A stretch of DNA of 32,000 nt from Clostridia bacterium (GCA_022796855.1 JAAWJM010000002.1:22733-54732); one strand, 5' to 3'. Positions 1 to 8,884 are shown, numbered from the stretch's first letter. The notes: generated by a model from the letters alone, not told the origin. A program made the numbers and translations.

Positions 1-669
1 GGACTTATTACGAAAGACTTATTACAACTAAAAACCTATAAAAGAACACTCATTAGCTTTATTCTAATCTTTAGTATAACAACCATAATTCAATTACTTA
101 GTGGTGGAGGAAATGATTTGCTAAGTCTTCTTCCTGTTATGGTTACACTTGGTTTTGGTATGTTTAGTATTGCTAGTTTCAATTATGATGAAACCTCCAA
201 AACAGACCGATATATTAGAAGCCTACCAATTAGCCTAAAAGAAATCGTTTTATCAAAATACTATTTGGCAGTTGGTTGCACAATAATAGGAGCACTCATT
301 GGAATACCAATAACCATTATTCTTTCGGCACTTTTTACAAAAGGAGAAATTTTTATAAACCTATCCAATATCCTATTTATATCTTTAGGTGGAATACTAG
401 GACTTAGTATTGTAGAAGCCATACAGATACCTTGCATCTATAAATTCGGAGCCGAAAAAGCCAGAATGCAAATTTTTATTATTATGGTAGTATTATTGGT
501 TATGCTAGCACTTTTAACAGGAGGAATTCTCTATTGGTTAGAAAGATGGTCGATTGATATAAATAGCTTAAAACCATTTATTCCTTTTGTATTAGTTGCA
601 TTAATCATACTGGTTTATCATAGTTCCTATAAGATAGCTTATGGAATTTATGAGAAGAAAGAGTTTTAA
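1..669 (+). CDS. ABC-2 type transporter permease, 5' end outside the window
   Basis: Frame 1 is open from base 1 (GLITKDLLQLKTYKRTLISFILIF...) into the listed ORF 118..669. Multiple hydrophobic spans typical of ABC-2 permeases. Followed by a hairpin terminator. Confidence 0.55.
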   Translation, partial: GLITKDLLQLKTYKRTLISFILIFSITTIIQLLSGGGNDLLSLLPVMVTLGFGMFSIASFNYDETSKTDRYIRSLPISLKEIVLSKYYLAVGCTIIGALIGIPITIILSALFTKGEIFINLSNILFISLGGILGLSIVEAIQIPCIYKFGAEKARMQIFIIMVVLLVMLALLTGGILYWLERWSIDINSLKPFIPFVLVALIILVYHSSYKIAYGIYEKKEF

Positions 670-682
670 TATTTATTAAGAA

Positions 683-727
683 AAGGGAAAAAAGTTAACT
701 CATATTGAGGTAGCTTTTTTCCTTTTT
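683..727. terminator. Bidirectional hairpin between convergent genes
   Basis: aagggaaaaaag ... cttttttcctt stem with A-run before and T-run after. Lies between the stop at 669 (+) and the stop at 740 (-). Confidence 0.5.
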
Positions 728-739
728 AGAAGTTTTCAC

Positions 740-1012
740 TTAAATCCATATGAGGGTGTGATCATCATGTGTACTTACATGTTTCACAGACACATTCATT
801 TCCTTAAATACTTCAGAAACTTCTATTTCTGTTGCTGAACAACGCATATACAGCATTGTTATTTTAGAAGCAAGATATTTACCGTTTCCATTATAATCTG
901 GAGAATAAGTATCAATACCTTGAAAGTCAGAAGCGATCCGTTTTAGTTCCTCACATAGTTCACTTGTACCACTTATTGAATGAATTGCATTGCATAATTC
1001 ACCCCGTGTCAT
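740..1012 (-). CDS. Hypothetical 90-aa protein
   Basis: Strong RBS (AAGGAGG, 8 nt before the ATG). I recognise no family. Confidence 0.55.
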   Translation of the reverse strand: MTRGELCNAIHSISGTSELCEELKRIASDFQGIDTYSPDYNGNGKYLASKITMLYMRCSATEIEVSEVFKEMNVSVKHVSTHDDHTLIWI

Positions 1013-1151
1013 AATGCATATACCTCCTTGTAATTTATATAATAATTATAGATTCTACTTTACAGTTTGTCAAGTTTTTGGCTAGTTATACCAAGGACAT
1101 CTAAAGTTATATAAACTATAAAAAGTGTGAAATTTATTTGACTTAAATCAA

Positions 1152-1163
1152 TTTTGTGCAAAG
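1152..1163 (+). repeat. Copy A of the TTTTGTGCAAAG motif
   Basis: Exact 12-mer, same orientation as copies at 2666, 3340, 3410 (1 mismatch) and 10496 (1 mismatch). Confidence 0.5.
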
Positions 1164-1231
1164 TTAAAATTGATTATAATATTTTGATAAAAAATGCATA
1201 GAATATAATATATTTATTGTATTCATATTAC

Positions 1232-1261
1232 TTGACAGCTACAACAAGAAAATAGTATAAT
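1232..1261 (+). promoter_or_regulatory. Sigma-A type promoter of ToxIN-like locus 1
   Basis: TTGACA, 18-nt spacer, TATAAT, immediately upstream of the tandem repeats. Confidence 0.5.
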
Positions 1262-1271
1262 AAATATAAGA

Positions 1272-1393
1272 AAATCGTGGTGTTTCACTACCATTTAAAA
1301 ATGAGAAAGTTATAAATCGGGTGTTTCACAGCCTTTAATTGAGGAAGTTATAAATCGGGTGTTTCACAGCCTTTAAATGAGAAAGTTAAAATC
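1272..1393 (+). ncRNA. toxI: ToxI/antiQ-like antitoxin RNA, about 3 tandem repeats (42, 38, 38 nt plus a partial)
   Basis: Units begin AAATCG(T/G)GGTGTTTCAC...; the second and third are near identical. They sit between a promoter and a terminator directly upstream of a ToxN-family gene, the canonical type III TA layout. Confidence 0.7.
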
Positions 1394-1432
1394 AAGAGAA
1401 GGTATCTTAAGTGATAGCCTTCTCTTATTTTT
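1394..1432 (+). terminator. Rho-independent terminator between repeats and toxin gene
   Basis: aagagaagg ... ccttctctt stem followed by ATTTTT. ToxIN loci carry such an attenuating terminator. Confidence 0.6.
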
Positions 1433-1448
1433 GTAAAAGGAGAGGCAA

Positions 1449-1970
1449 ATGAAGTTAAATTTATATAGTGTAAGTGATAAATACATAAACTATTTAAGAC
1501 AATTTGATGATAAAATTTATGACAATAAAGAAGAAATAAGGACTCATGAAAGAAAATATTTAGGCGTTGTTTTAACTGTAAACGAATTCAATTATTATAT
1601 TCCAATGTCTTCGCCTAAAAATTCAGATTATATTGATATTAGTAAAAAGATTATTAGAAAAGATACTAAAACGATAATAAGAATTTATGAAGGTAATCGT
1701 TTATATGGGACTTTAAGAATAAGTAATATGATACCTGTTCCTATAACAGAACTAGAACCATATATGGTATCAAATGAAACTGATTTAAAATATAAGGAAG
1801 TAATACTTGGAGAGTTAAGATATATCAATAACAATAGTAATAGGATTATAAAATATGCAAAAACAGTTTATAATCAGAAAATTAAGAATATGGACATAGG
1901 TTATATAAAAAATACAGTTGATTTTAAGTTATTGGAAGAAAAACTAAAGGAATGGAATAAAGGAAAATAA
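1449..1970 (+). CDS. toxN: Type III TA toxin, ToxN/AbiQ family endoribonuclease
   Basis: MKLNLYSVSDKYINYLRQFDDKI..., YLGVVLTVNEFNYYIPMSSPK, ISNMIPVP and VDFKLLEEK match the ToxN/AbiQ pattern as I recall it (MKFYTISSKYIEYLKEFDDKV, FIGIVLEI..YLAPLTSPK, NLKFMIPI, CNFSLLEEK). RBS AAAGGAGAGG. Confidence 0.85.
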   Translation: MKLNLYSVSDKYINYLRQFDDKIYDNKEEIRTHERKYLGVVLTVNEFNYYIPMSSPKNSDYIDISKKIIRKDTKTIIRIYEGNRLYGTLRISNMIPVPITELEPYMVSNETDLKYKEVILGELRYINNNSNRIIKYAKTVYNQKIKNMDIGYIKNTVDFKLLEEKLKEWNKGK

Positions 1971-2089
1971 GAAATTTTCATTTACATTTAACATAAAGTA
2001 TGATATAATGTGCTAAATTTAGGCTAGAGAGCCTATTGTATTTTTTATGCAACTTAAACATTGTTTGTTAAAAGTTAGGAGGAGTCGAG

Positions 2090-2278
2090 ATGAATTTACC
2101 TACTATAATTTTGTTCACAGTTACTGCAGTTATTGTTATTTCAACAATAACATTTATGAAAGCATTTATTCATGCTGTGGCTGAAGAAATACTTCCTGCT
2201 GTTGAAAAAGCTGCTGGAAAAGGTGAATATCCTCAAGTTAGTACTTTAAAGATGGAAAAAACAAGAAACATATTTTAA
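2090..2278 (+). CDS. Small membrane protein (62 aa)
   Basis: RBS AGGAGG, N-terminal TM helix, extended -10 promoter (TGATATAAT near 2001), followed by a terminator. Confidence 0.5.
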   Translation: MNLPTIILFTVTAVIVISTITFMKAFIHAVAEEILPAVEKAAGKGEYPQVSTLKMEKTRNIF

Positions 2279-2287
2279 AGCAATACT

Positions 2288-2330
2288 AAAAATTATCCTT
2301 TTATGATATAGGAGGATAATTTTTAGTATT
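2288..2330 (+). terminator. Rho-independent terminator
   Basis: aaaattatcct ... aggataatttt stem followed by a T-run. Confidence 0.6.
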
Positions 2331-2342
2331 TTTAGCATTGAA

Positions 2343-2498
2343 CTACAATACTATTGGTTTTTTTCGAGTGCGCCAACGTCGTCTTAATCCTAATCCATAG
2401 CCATTTCTTAATGAATATTCACTAAGAGTATCCCTTTGGACGTAGGGCGGTTGACTTAAATGCCTTGCTGGAAAAGTGTCAATTATTCTTTTTTTCAT
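2343..2498 (-). CDS. Possible small ORF (51 aa, MKKRIIDTFPARHLSQPPYVQRDTLSEYSLRNGYGLGLRRRWRTRKKPIVL)
   Basis: Below the ORF-track size cutoff. An island of higher GC in very AT-rich DNA, with a weak RBS (AAGGG). Confidence 0.25.
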   Translation of the reverse strand: MKKRIIDTFPARHLSQPPYVQRDTLSEYSLRNGYGLGLRRRWRTRKKPIVL

Positions 2499-2665
2499 AC
2501 TCAACCCTTTCTACTAAAACTTTACTATAAGTTTCCTAGAATAATACCATATTTATATTAAAAAGTAAATACAGTAGGGAATAAGGCAAATAGACAATAC
2601 TATTTTAATAAATCTAAAATATCTTACAATAAAAAATAGCATAAATATAAAATATAATTATTTCA

Positions 2666-2677
2666 TTTTGTGCAAAG
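2666..2677 (+). repeat. Copy B of the TTTTGTGCAAAG motif
   Basis: Exact 12-mer. Its flank (GT[C/T]AA..ATAATAT) also resembles copy A. Confidence 0.5.
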
Positions 2678-3322
2678 TCAATTTATAATATAAATTTTTA
2701 AAAAACGAACACTTGTTATATTTTGTTTTTTATATATAAAATTAGTAATTTGTATTAATATTTTAAAATTTACTCTTGTTCTTTATAATACATATATTAA
2801 TAAAATATTTTATATTTATGAAGCTCTAAAATCGTTTTTAAGACATTTTTATATCTAATCAATAAAATTTGACTTTATACGAATATTTTAAATATAGTAT
2901 TATATATAATAGAAATTTACTAAACTGCTATAAATTGCTGATTATAAGTAGTTCTCTATTAAAATAGCTAAAAAAGTGCAAAAAAACGAAGCACGAGAAT
3001 CGATTTTAAGCCGTTTTTAAAAATTAGGCATATAGTTTGTTGTCTATAAAAATGGTGTAATTATTGAAATATAAGGATTTTGCGAAATTTAGAAAAAATT
3101 ATTAAAAATACTTATGAAAAATTATATAAGTAATAATATAAATATATGATAATAATAAAACCAGGTATAACTAAAAATAAATGAAGCTCCAGAATCAATT
3201 TTTTAGTAATGAATATAAGTTTATTGTTTAAAAATAAGCTTGAGAGTAGCTAATATAAAGGAATAGCAAGATTTACGAAGATAGAACCATATTACATAGT
3301 TCTATTTTTAATCCTATCTCAT

Positions 3323-3350
3323 TTTGCACAAAACTTTGATTTTGTGCAAA
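3323..3350. repeat. 28-bp palindromic dif-like site (11-6-11): TTTGCACAAAA CTTTGA TTTTGTGCAAA
   Basis: Two perfectly inverted 11-nt arms around a 6-nt spacer. The right arm is copy C of the 12-mer motif. It overlaps the left copy (3332..3352) of the 21-nt direct repeat that flanks the prophage. Confidence 0.45.
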
Positions 3351-3403
3351 GAAGGCTTTATATGAATTTTTGTAAAGACCTATACTCTTGACCACTCTCT
3401 GAA

Positions 3404-3421
3404 CCTTGATTTTGTGCAATG
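3404..3421 (+). repeat. Copy D: CCTTGA TTTTGTGCAATG
   Basis: Spacer-plus-arm variant 8 nt downstream of the last prophage gene. Confidence 0.4.
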
Positions 3422-3429
3422 TAGTCTAT

Positions 3430-3609
3430 CTATAATTCTTCTCTTTTTTTAGTACAATAATGATAAAAGCATCTCCAATTACCACATTTTTCGCAATTAT
3501 AACCACACTTTTTGGCCTCTTTTTCTGAAATTCTATTAGTAATAAAAATATCGTACAAACACATTAAAATAGAACCAAAAACTAAAATTAAAAAAAACTT
3601 AAAATCCAT
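3430..3609 (-). CDS. Small TM protein with Cys-rich tail (59 aa)
   Basis: RBS GGAGG. MDFKFFLILVFGSILMCLYDIF... then CGYNCEKCGNWRCFYHYC. Below the ORF-track cutoff. Confidence 0.4.
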   Translation of the reverse strand: MDFKFFLILVFGSILMCLYDIFITNRISEKEAKKCGYNCEKCGNWRCFYHYCTKKREEL

Positions 3610-3623
3610 TATACAAAAACCTC

Positions 3624-4511
3624 CTATATAAATCTTTGTCGTGATCTATATTCCTTGCCACCGCCTATAAAATAATGAAATATAACTTGTCTAAAAACAT
3701 CAGTTGCAGGACTTCCTCTAAATCTTATTTGTTGACCGCCTTCGTACAGCTTAGAAATCTTTTCCTTATATCTTCTTGTTAGCATATTAAAGTCGAATCC
3801 ACTTTCAAGTGCATAAATAATTGCAAGAAGTGTTTTATCTTCGTAATCACTTAAACTATAGATGTATTTATTTATATACAAACAAGGAAATATATCATCA
3901 GCAATATTAAAAAGCTTTATTTTTGAAACTGGGAAGTCATCAAATTCTTTTGTTACCTCAATACGCGTTAAATCTCCAGCAATATCTAAATGACTCTCTT
4001 TTTTCTTATTATAAATCTTTACACGTTTATCCCCCTTACCAATATAAATCGTTTTATCATCAAAACCATTTGAAACAAGTTTTACACTTTTCTTTCGACC
4101 TTTATCATATACAATATCCAAAATAGATACAGGAATATCACAAGCTATATCGCAACTCTTAATTAACCACTCTCTCCCAAACTTAAACATATACATTAAA
4201 ATCTTATTGTCCTTTAGTTTGTTAGGGTTAAATTCTATTGTCAAGTTATATTCCGTTATATCCTCAGCACGTCTCTCCGTATTATGCATAAAACCAAACC
4301 AAAAAGATTGCCCTTCCTCTATCTCAATATTATAGTTATAAAAAAAGCTTTCCAAACGTGCAGAAGTATATTTTGCTTTTACAAAAGGTTCCCAACAAGT
4401 ATCAAATCTAAACTGTATCTCACTAAAATCTTGAAAACTTATATACGTTTTTAATCGCAACATATCTATCGAGTATGTTACATTAAACATTTCGCGACTT
4501 TCAAAATACAT
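3624..4511 (-). CDS. Rolling-circle replication initiator (Rep_trans-like)
   Basis: Motifs IDMLRLK, NLTIEFNPNK, RVKIYNKKKE and LTRIEVT resemble the PF02486 family used by Gram-positive ssDNA plasmids and phages. The likely start is the ATG at 4511 after GGGGTG; the track start at 4520 is GTG. Confidence 0.65.
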   Translation of the reverse strand: MYFESREMFNVTYSIDMLRLKTYISFQDFSEIQFRFDTCWEPFVKAKYTSARLESFFYNYNIEIEEGQSFWFGFMHNTERRAEDITEYNLTIEFNPNKLKDNKILMYMFKFGREWLIKSCDIACDIPVSILDIVYDKGRKKSVKLVSNGFDDKTIYIGKGDKRVKIYNKKKESHLDIAGDLTRIEVTKEFDDFPVSKIKLFNIADDIFPCLYINKYIYSLSDYEDKTLLAIIYALESGFDFNMLTRRYKEKISKLYEGGQQIRFRGSPATDVFRQVIFHYFIGGGKEYRSRQRFI

Positions 4512-4707
4512 AAATATCACCCCATTTTTTTATATGATATTTACACAATTTATCGGTTTACATAGTATGTATATCAGTAATTAGTTTACCAAAACTAAAA
4601 AACCATTGTGGCTCCATTTATTGAAGTAATTTATTTTTTGATTTTGCGTGTAATATATTACACAAGTGACCGCTTGTTAGATATTGCGGTCTTTTTTTGT
4701 CGTTATG

Positions 4708-4929
4708 TTAATCAAGCAGTAAATCAAATCTTCCTTTTTTATATTCCAGCAAAACTCTTTCGACATGTTTTCTTGACTGTTCTAAATTTATTTTTTTTCT
4801 TATAAAGGTAAAAGGAGCGTATCGCCTAATGCTTAAATTACTCTTATTTATATAATCTCTATATCTTTTAGAGATTGTCATTATCGATATTCCTTTTTTG
4901 TATAATTCAACTATATTTTTATCAGTCAT
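4708..4929 (-). CDS. Small helix-turn-helix protein (73 aa)
   Basis: DKNIVELYKKGISIMTISKRY looks like a resolvase/sigma region-4-like HTH. RBS AAGGAAGTG. Confidence 0.45.
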   Translation of the reverse strand: MTDKNIVELYKKGISIMTISKRYRDYINKSNLSIRRYAPFTFIRKKINLEQSRKHVERVLLEYKKGRFDLLLD

Positions 4930-4934
4930 ATATT

Positions 4935-5035
4935 CACTTCCTTTGTCTCAAACGGCGACGCCTTGCTCCCAGGGGGGCTATCCCCCTTCTTCGCTTCGCT
5001 CAGCCCCCGCATATCGGGGTCTTTCTTTGTAGTAA
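4935..5035. other. GC-rich structured non-coding region (candidate origin or packaging signal)
   Basis: GGGGG-CTAT-CCCCC and CCCCG-CATAT-CGGGG hairpins in otherwise AT-rich DNA, just upstream of the HTH-Rep operon. Confidence 0.3.
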
Positions 5036-5075
5036 TTGGCATATAGAAACGTATGTGCATAATTTGTGCATTATT

Positions 5076-5345
5076 TTAGTTTGAGGATATAGGTAGTTTG
5101 TGGTATATCCAAATAGTAACTTTATACAATCGAGAGAACACATATAAAGCTATTGCAGCAGTAGCAACAACCTTTAGCGTTACTGGTCGAATAAAAAATC
5201 CTACAAAATTTAAATTATTAAAAATTAAATCAATATATGTAGTTATAGCGTCTTTTATTTCCTGTGGTGCTTGTGGAAGGTTTATCCAAGCGAATAACAA
5301 TTTTAAAACACCAGATATTAAGTTAATAAGTGCTTCTACAATCAT
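5076..5345 (-). CDS. Membrane protein (89 aa), pVI-like position
   Basis: Hydrophobic helices; RBS GGGGGT. Confidence 0.45.
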   Translation of the reverse strand: MIVEALINLISGVLKLLFAWINLPQAPQEIKDAITTYIDLIFNNLNFVGFFIRPVTLKVVATAAIALYVFSRLYKVTIWIYHKLPISSN

Positions 5346-5347
5346 AA

Positions 5348-6918
5348 TTAATTACCCCCATGCTCAGATTTATAGCGATTTTTATTATTTTGGTAACGTT
5401 CATATTTTGAATAACTACGTTCGTCAGAGGTCATATCTCCTATAACTTCATCAGAGAAACGACCACCAAATATCTCAGTGAATGTGTTTTTAGCAAGATT
5501 TACTAACATAAGACTAAATATTACATCTACTACTACCAAATAAATATTGTGTATCATTTTTAAGGTATCATTTGTTAATAAGCTATTAAAATCATAAGTA
5601 AAGGCACCAATTAATTTGACACCCATAAATTTCATTTCTGGAATATTCAGAACAGCACCAGAAGAAGCCATACCATCACATGCACCAACGAATCTAGTCA
5701 AGAAGTCAATAACAACTTCAAAAGGGTAATACAAAATACCAAACCTATCACCGGAAGTATTCGTTTAAATCAGCGAGCCAATTATTAAAAAAATTGTCGC
5801 TTGGAATAAACAAAGATTTTAGAGCATTTAACAACAATTCAATAAGTTTATATGCAAAAAAGTTTTCCGAAAAGGGATTTAAAATATTTAATATATCCCC
5901 TATTTTTTGGAATATGTTTTTGTTTGTCTCATTCGATTCCTTAATAGCTTCCTGCGTTTTATTGTTACTCTCGATTATTTTATCTGTAGACTGTTCAAAC
6001 TCTACTTTTAATTCCCCGAAACCTTTATTAATATCGTCTTGTAGTTTATCAGTCGAGGTAATACTACCAATCGTAACATATACCTCAACAAATTTCGGGA
6101 ATTGTATCAAATCGTTATCTTCTTCAAAATATTCTAAAATAAAAGCAAACTTATCGCCTTTTTGAAAATTATACATATCTTGATATGGCACCTCATACCA
6201 AAATTCTTGAAGTACTCCAGAACTATTTAAAACCTCTTTATAATACTTACTATCATATTTTAATTGTGTTTCAAAAACTTTTTTGTCTTTATCGTGGTTA
6301 TCATCAAAAATCTGGTTCACAAAAAAACGCATAGAACGGTTTGCTGGAACATCACCGAGGGAATATTAAACAATATCCTCCCACCAAATTTGATATGCTT
6401 TCCTCATCTTCGCCAAATTTTGGAGCGTTAAACGAAACAGGTTCATACCACAAGTCACTACTAGAACCGTTATAATAAATTTTTGAATTTGAAAATATAG
6501 GATATTTCCCATTTTTTTGACGAATGTTACTACTAACAACACCATTCAAAACTTTACTTAATAAAACATTAAAATTATTTATATTAAAACTATGCTGATA
6601 ATAATTTAAACTTCTATCACTTCTCAAAACCCAGTTACCAGAAGCATCAAAAAAATGGAATCGTACATCAACATCATTAAAAAATATACAATCCACATTT
6701 TGCATACCATCCCCCTCAAAATATTTAACAATATGATAGTCATATTGCGAATATTGAGGTAAACTTTTCACATAATCAACAATATTTTGTTCAAATTCTC
6801 CTACATCAGAAGAACTTGCATGTACTTCACTAACTACAAATAAATTAAAAATCAGTAAAAATAAAGCCAAAATAGGCAATATTTTATGCGTTAAGTGTTT
6901 CTTAATCAAAAAACACAC
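5348..6918 (-). pseudogene. Large secreted, membrane-anchored virion protein candidate (pIII-like, about 519 aa), broken into 3 ORFs by two +1 breaks
   Basis: ORFs 6352..6918, 5748..6332 and 5348..5734 join exactly if the C of CGG at 6357 and at 5753 is skipped (..FP-GDVPANRSMRFF.. and ..EYF-GDRFGILYYPF..). N-terminal signal peptide (likely TTG start at 6909), C-terminal hydrophobic domain. Confidence 0.55.
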
Positions 6919-6927
6919 CCCCTATTT

Positions 6928-7401
6928 TCATTTCATACGTAAAATAGAACGTAAAAAACTAAATAACAAAAACGAACAAATTAGAACAACAACAACAATA
7001 CCAAAACAATCAGTTTCATAATTAGTAGAACCAGATTTTATAATATCAGGATTCAATACGTAAGTTTCTTCAGAATAACCTAAAATAGAATTCGTATAAA
7101 CAAATTCTGCTACATTTACACTAATTGTTGCATTGAAGTTATTATCAGCTAAAACTACGCGAGGAGTATTATACGAAGTATTGTAAGAACGTGACGAACT
7201 ATCTATATATATTTTTAATCCGTTTTCAATACTAAAAATATTCTGGTCTATTGCTTTTATTTTTGATTTTGAGAAGTAAACACATACATCATAGTCATTA
7301 TTGTTCTCTGTAACTGTATGAGCCAAATAATAGCCATATCCTTTTAATTTATATGTACTTATGAGACCTTTTAAATACTCACTCTCCAAACTACTTAGCA
7401 T
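6928..7401 (-). CDS. Structural protein candidate with C-terminal TM anchor (157 aa)
   Basis: Ends ...GIVVVVLICSFLLFSFLRSILRMK. Confidence 0.45.
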   Translation of the reverse strand: MLSSLESEYLKGLISTYKLKGYGYYLAHTVTENNNDYDVCVYFSKSKIKAIDQNIFSIENGLKIYIDSSSRSYNTSYNTPRVVLADNNFNATISVNVAEFVYTNSILGYSEETYVLNPDIIKSGSTNYETDCFGIVVVVLICSFLLFSFLRSILRMK

Positions 7402-7424
7402 AATACTACCTCTTTTCTTAAAAT

Positions 7425-7466
7425 CTAATGCTTAGGTCGGTCGCTTCCGCGACACGACCATAAGCA
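7425..7466 (-). terminator. Long GC hairpin after the 47-aa gene
   Basis: aatgcttaggtcg-gtcgc-ttcc-gcgac-acgaccataagcatt nested stem. Confidence 0.45.
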
Positions 7467-7467
7467 T

Positions 7468-7611
7468 TTATACTTTGCGATTATATACATCAAATTCTTG
7501 TTTTCTTACTTGATTAGCAACTTTATTTTTATATACTTTTTCTGCAATCCAACCTACTACATTCAAAATAATTGCTAAACCTAAAACAACAAAAAATGCA
7601 ACTTTTACCAT
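7468..7611 (-). CDS. Coat-like small protein (47 aa, TM plus basic tail)
   Basis: MVKVAFFVVLGLAIILNVVGWIAEKVYKNKVANQVRKQEFDVYNRKV. RBS GGGGGGGA. Below the track cutoff. Confidence 0.4.
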   Translation of the reverse strand: MVKVAFFVVLGLAIILNVVGWIAEKVYKNKVANQVRKQEFDVYNRKV

Positions 7612-7623
7612 AACTATCCCCCC

Positions 7624-7761
7624 CTACATATCAATTCTTCTATTTAAAATCATATCAAGAGCGAAATTGCACATCTTTGCAGACAATCCAAAAATTAAGG
7701 CAATCGGAAAACAAAAACCAATCAAACTCGACACTTGACCTAAAATAACAGAATAGTCCAT
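7624..7761 (-). CDS. Small hydrophobic protein (45 aa)
   Basis: RBS AAAGGAGGG. MDYSVILGQVSSLIGFCFPIALIFGLSAKMCNFALDMILNRRIDM. Confidence 0.4.
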   Translation of the reverse strand: MDYSVILGQVSSLIGFCFPIALIFGLSAKMCNFALDMILNRRIDM

Positions 7762-7774
7762 AATAGACCCTCCT

Positions 7775-8473
7775 TTAATAAATATTTTGTCCAGAAACAC
7801 CCTTCCAGTCTTCTCTATAACGTCTCATCTTTTTATATGTATCATAACTTTTATAAATTTCTGGCGCATGAAACCACCAGCTTTTTTTGCGAATATCCAT
7901 TTGTATATGCCCGTCCTTTTCTCGAATTGTCGTACCGTCAATCAATTTGTTAAATTGAATACAATTAAAAAAGTTTTGACATATTACAAGATTTTTTACC
8001 TGTTCCCTTAACGGTTTTGCTAATCTCATAAACTGTTGCGAAGTTCCTACAATATGCTTACGTTGTTTTCTTTGCTGCGAAACCTCAACCATGACTTCGA
8101 TAGGTATATTTTTACTTTCCAAACTATTAAACTCAAGATGTATCTCATCAATCAAATAAATAACACCTTCATATCCATTCTCAACATTTGTTAAACAATC
8201 AATTCCAGTATATTCAATAACTTCTACAAGTGGGTTTAAACCTTTTATATCAACATTTGTAACCAATTTACATTTTGGATACTGCCAAGTCAAATCGATT
8301 ACATATTGAACAGCACTTAAAGTTTTTCCCGCACCTTGTGGGCCACAAAAAACAATAAGACCGTCTGGATCAAAATATGTGGGATGTCGTTTCTTAAAGT
8401 TTTTCTTATATTTCCATGTACGAAATAAATTCAATGGGTTTTTTGAACCATTCAAACTTGACATACTTATCAT
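7775..8473 (-). CDS. Zot/pI-like P-loop morphogenesis ATPase
   Basis: Walker A GPQGAGKT, Walker B VIYLIDEIH, then SQQRKQRKHIVGTSQ (a Zot-like pattern). ATGA overlap with the upstream ORF. Confidence 0.6.
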   Translation of the reverse strand: MISMSSLNGSKNPLNLFRTWKYKKNFKKRHPTYFDPDGLIVFCGPQGAGKTLSAVQYVIDLTWQYPKCKLVTNVDIKGLNPLVEVIEYTGIDCLTNVENGYEGVIYLIDEIHLEFNSLESKNIPIEVMVEVSQQRKQRKHIVGTSQQFMRLAKPLREQVKNLVICQNFFNCIQFNKLIDGTTIREKDGHIQMDIRKKSWWFHAPEIYKSYDTYKKMRRYREDWKGVSGQNIY

Positions 8474-8724
8474 AAAATACCCCCAAGCTGATTTAAGCTT
8501 TTATCATAACAATCGTCAACATATTTTAGCGTGAAGTCAATATACCTTAAAACACTTAATTCATTTTTTGAAACCTCATCATCTTCGTTATATTTTATAA
8601 AGTCTTCTACTTTCTTGATTCTCTCTGCAATATAATCCAAAGCTTCCGAGTTATATTGAATCGAAATTAACAAACTATTTTTTAAATCCATATTACTAAC
8701 TTCTTCTCTTTTTCTCATACTCAA
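8470..8724 (-). CDS. Hypothetical acidic protein (84 aa; start uncertain)
   Basis: Translationally coupled to the ATPase gene. Confidence 0.45.
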   Translation of the reverse strand: MSMRKREEVSNMDLKNSLLISIQYNSEALDYIAERIKKVEDFIKYNEDDEVSKNELSVLRYIDFTLKYVDDCYDKSLNQLGGIL

Positions 8725-8866
8725 CCAACTCCCCCAACTCTTTTATTCTAGCAATTTTAACTTCTATAGAAGCAGTATAAATCCAACAACAAACAAGAAT
8801 AACAAACGATATACTAAAAACTCCTAAAAATATAATACCAATAACTTGACCAATAATTTCAAACAT
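8696..8866 (-). CDS. Small TM protein (56 aa)
   Basis: MFEIIGQVIGIIFLGVFSISFVILVCCWIY... RBS GGGGGTG. Below the track cutoff. Confidence 0.35.
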   Translation of the reverse strand: MFEIIGQVIGIIFLGVFSISFVILVCCWIYTASIEVKIARIKELGELVEYEKKRRS

Positions 8867-8884
8867 TAATTAACACCCCCTAAA

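Noticed and set aside
1272-1393. Tandem repeats here and at 25677..25805 might be mini CRISPR arrays.
   Set aside because: The units abut each other with no spacers, there are no cas genes, and each array sits between a promoter and a ToxN-family gene. They are type III antitoxin RNA repeats.
4875-5084. ORF 4875..5084 (+) spanning the GC-rich segment.
   Set aside because: It has no RBS, overlaps the HTH gene start, and its Arg/Pro/Ala-rich translation simply reflects the GC-rich hairpins. I treated the segment as structured non-coding DNA.
3923-6165. Plus-strand ORFs inside the prophage (3923..4126, 4608..4805, 5098..5445, 5794..6165, 7787..8011, 9373..9588).
   Set aside because: They are antisense to better-supported minus-strand genes, have no RBS, and are low-complexity hydrophobic translations of AT-rich DNA.
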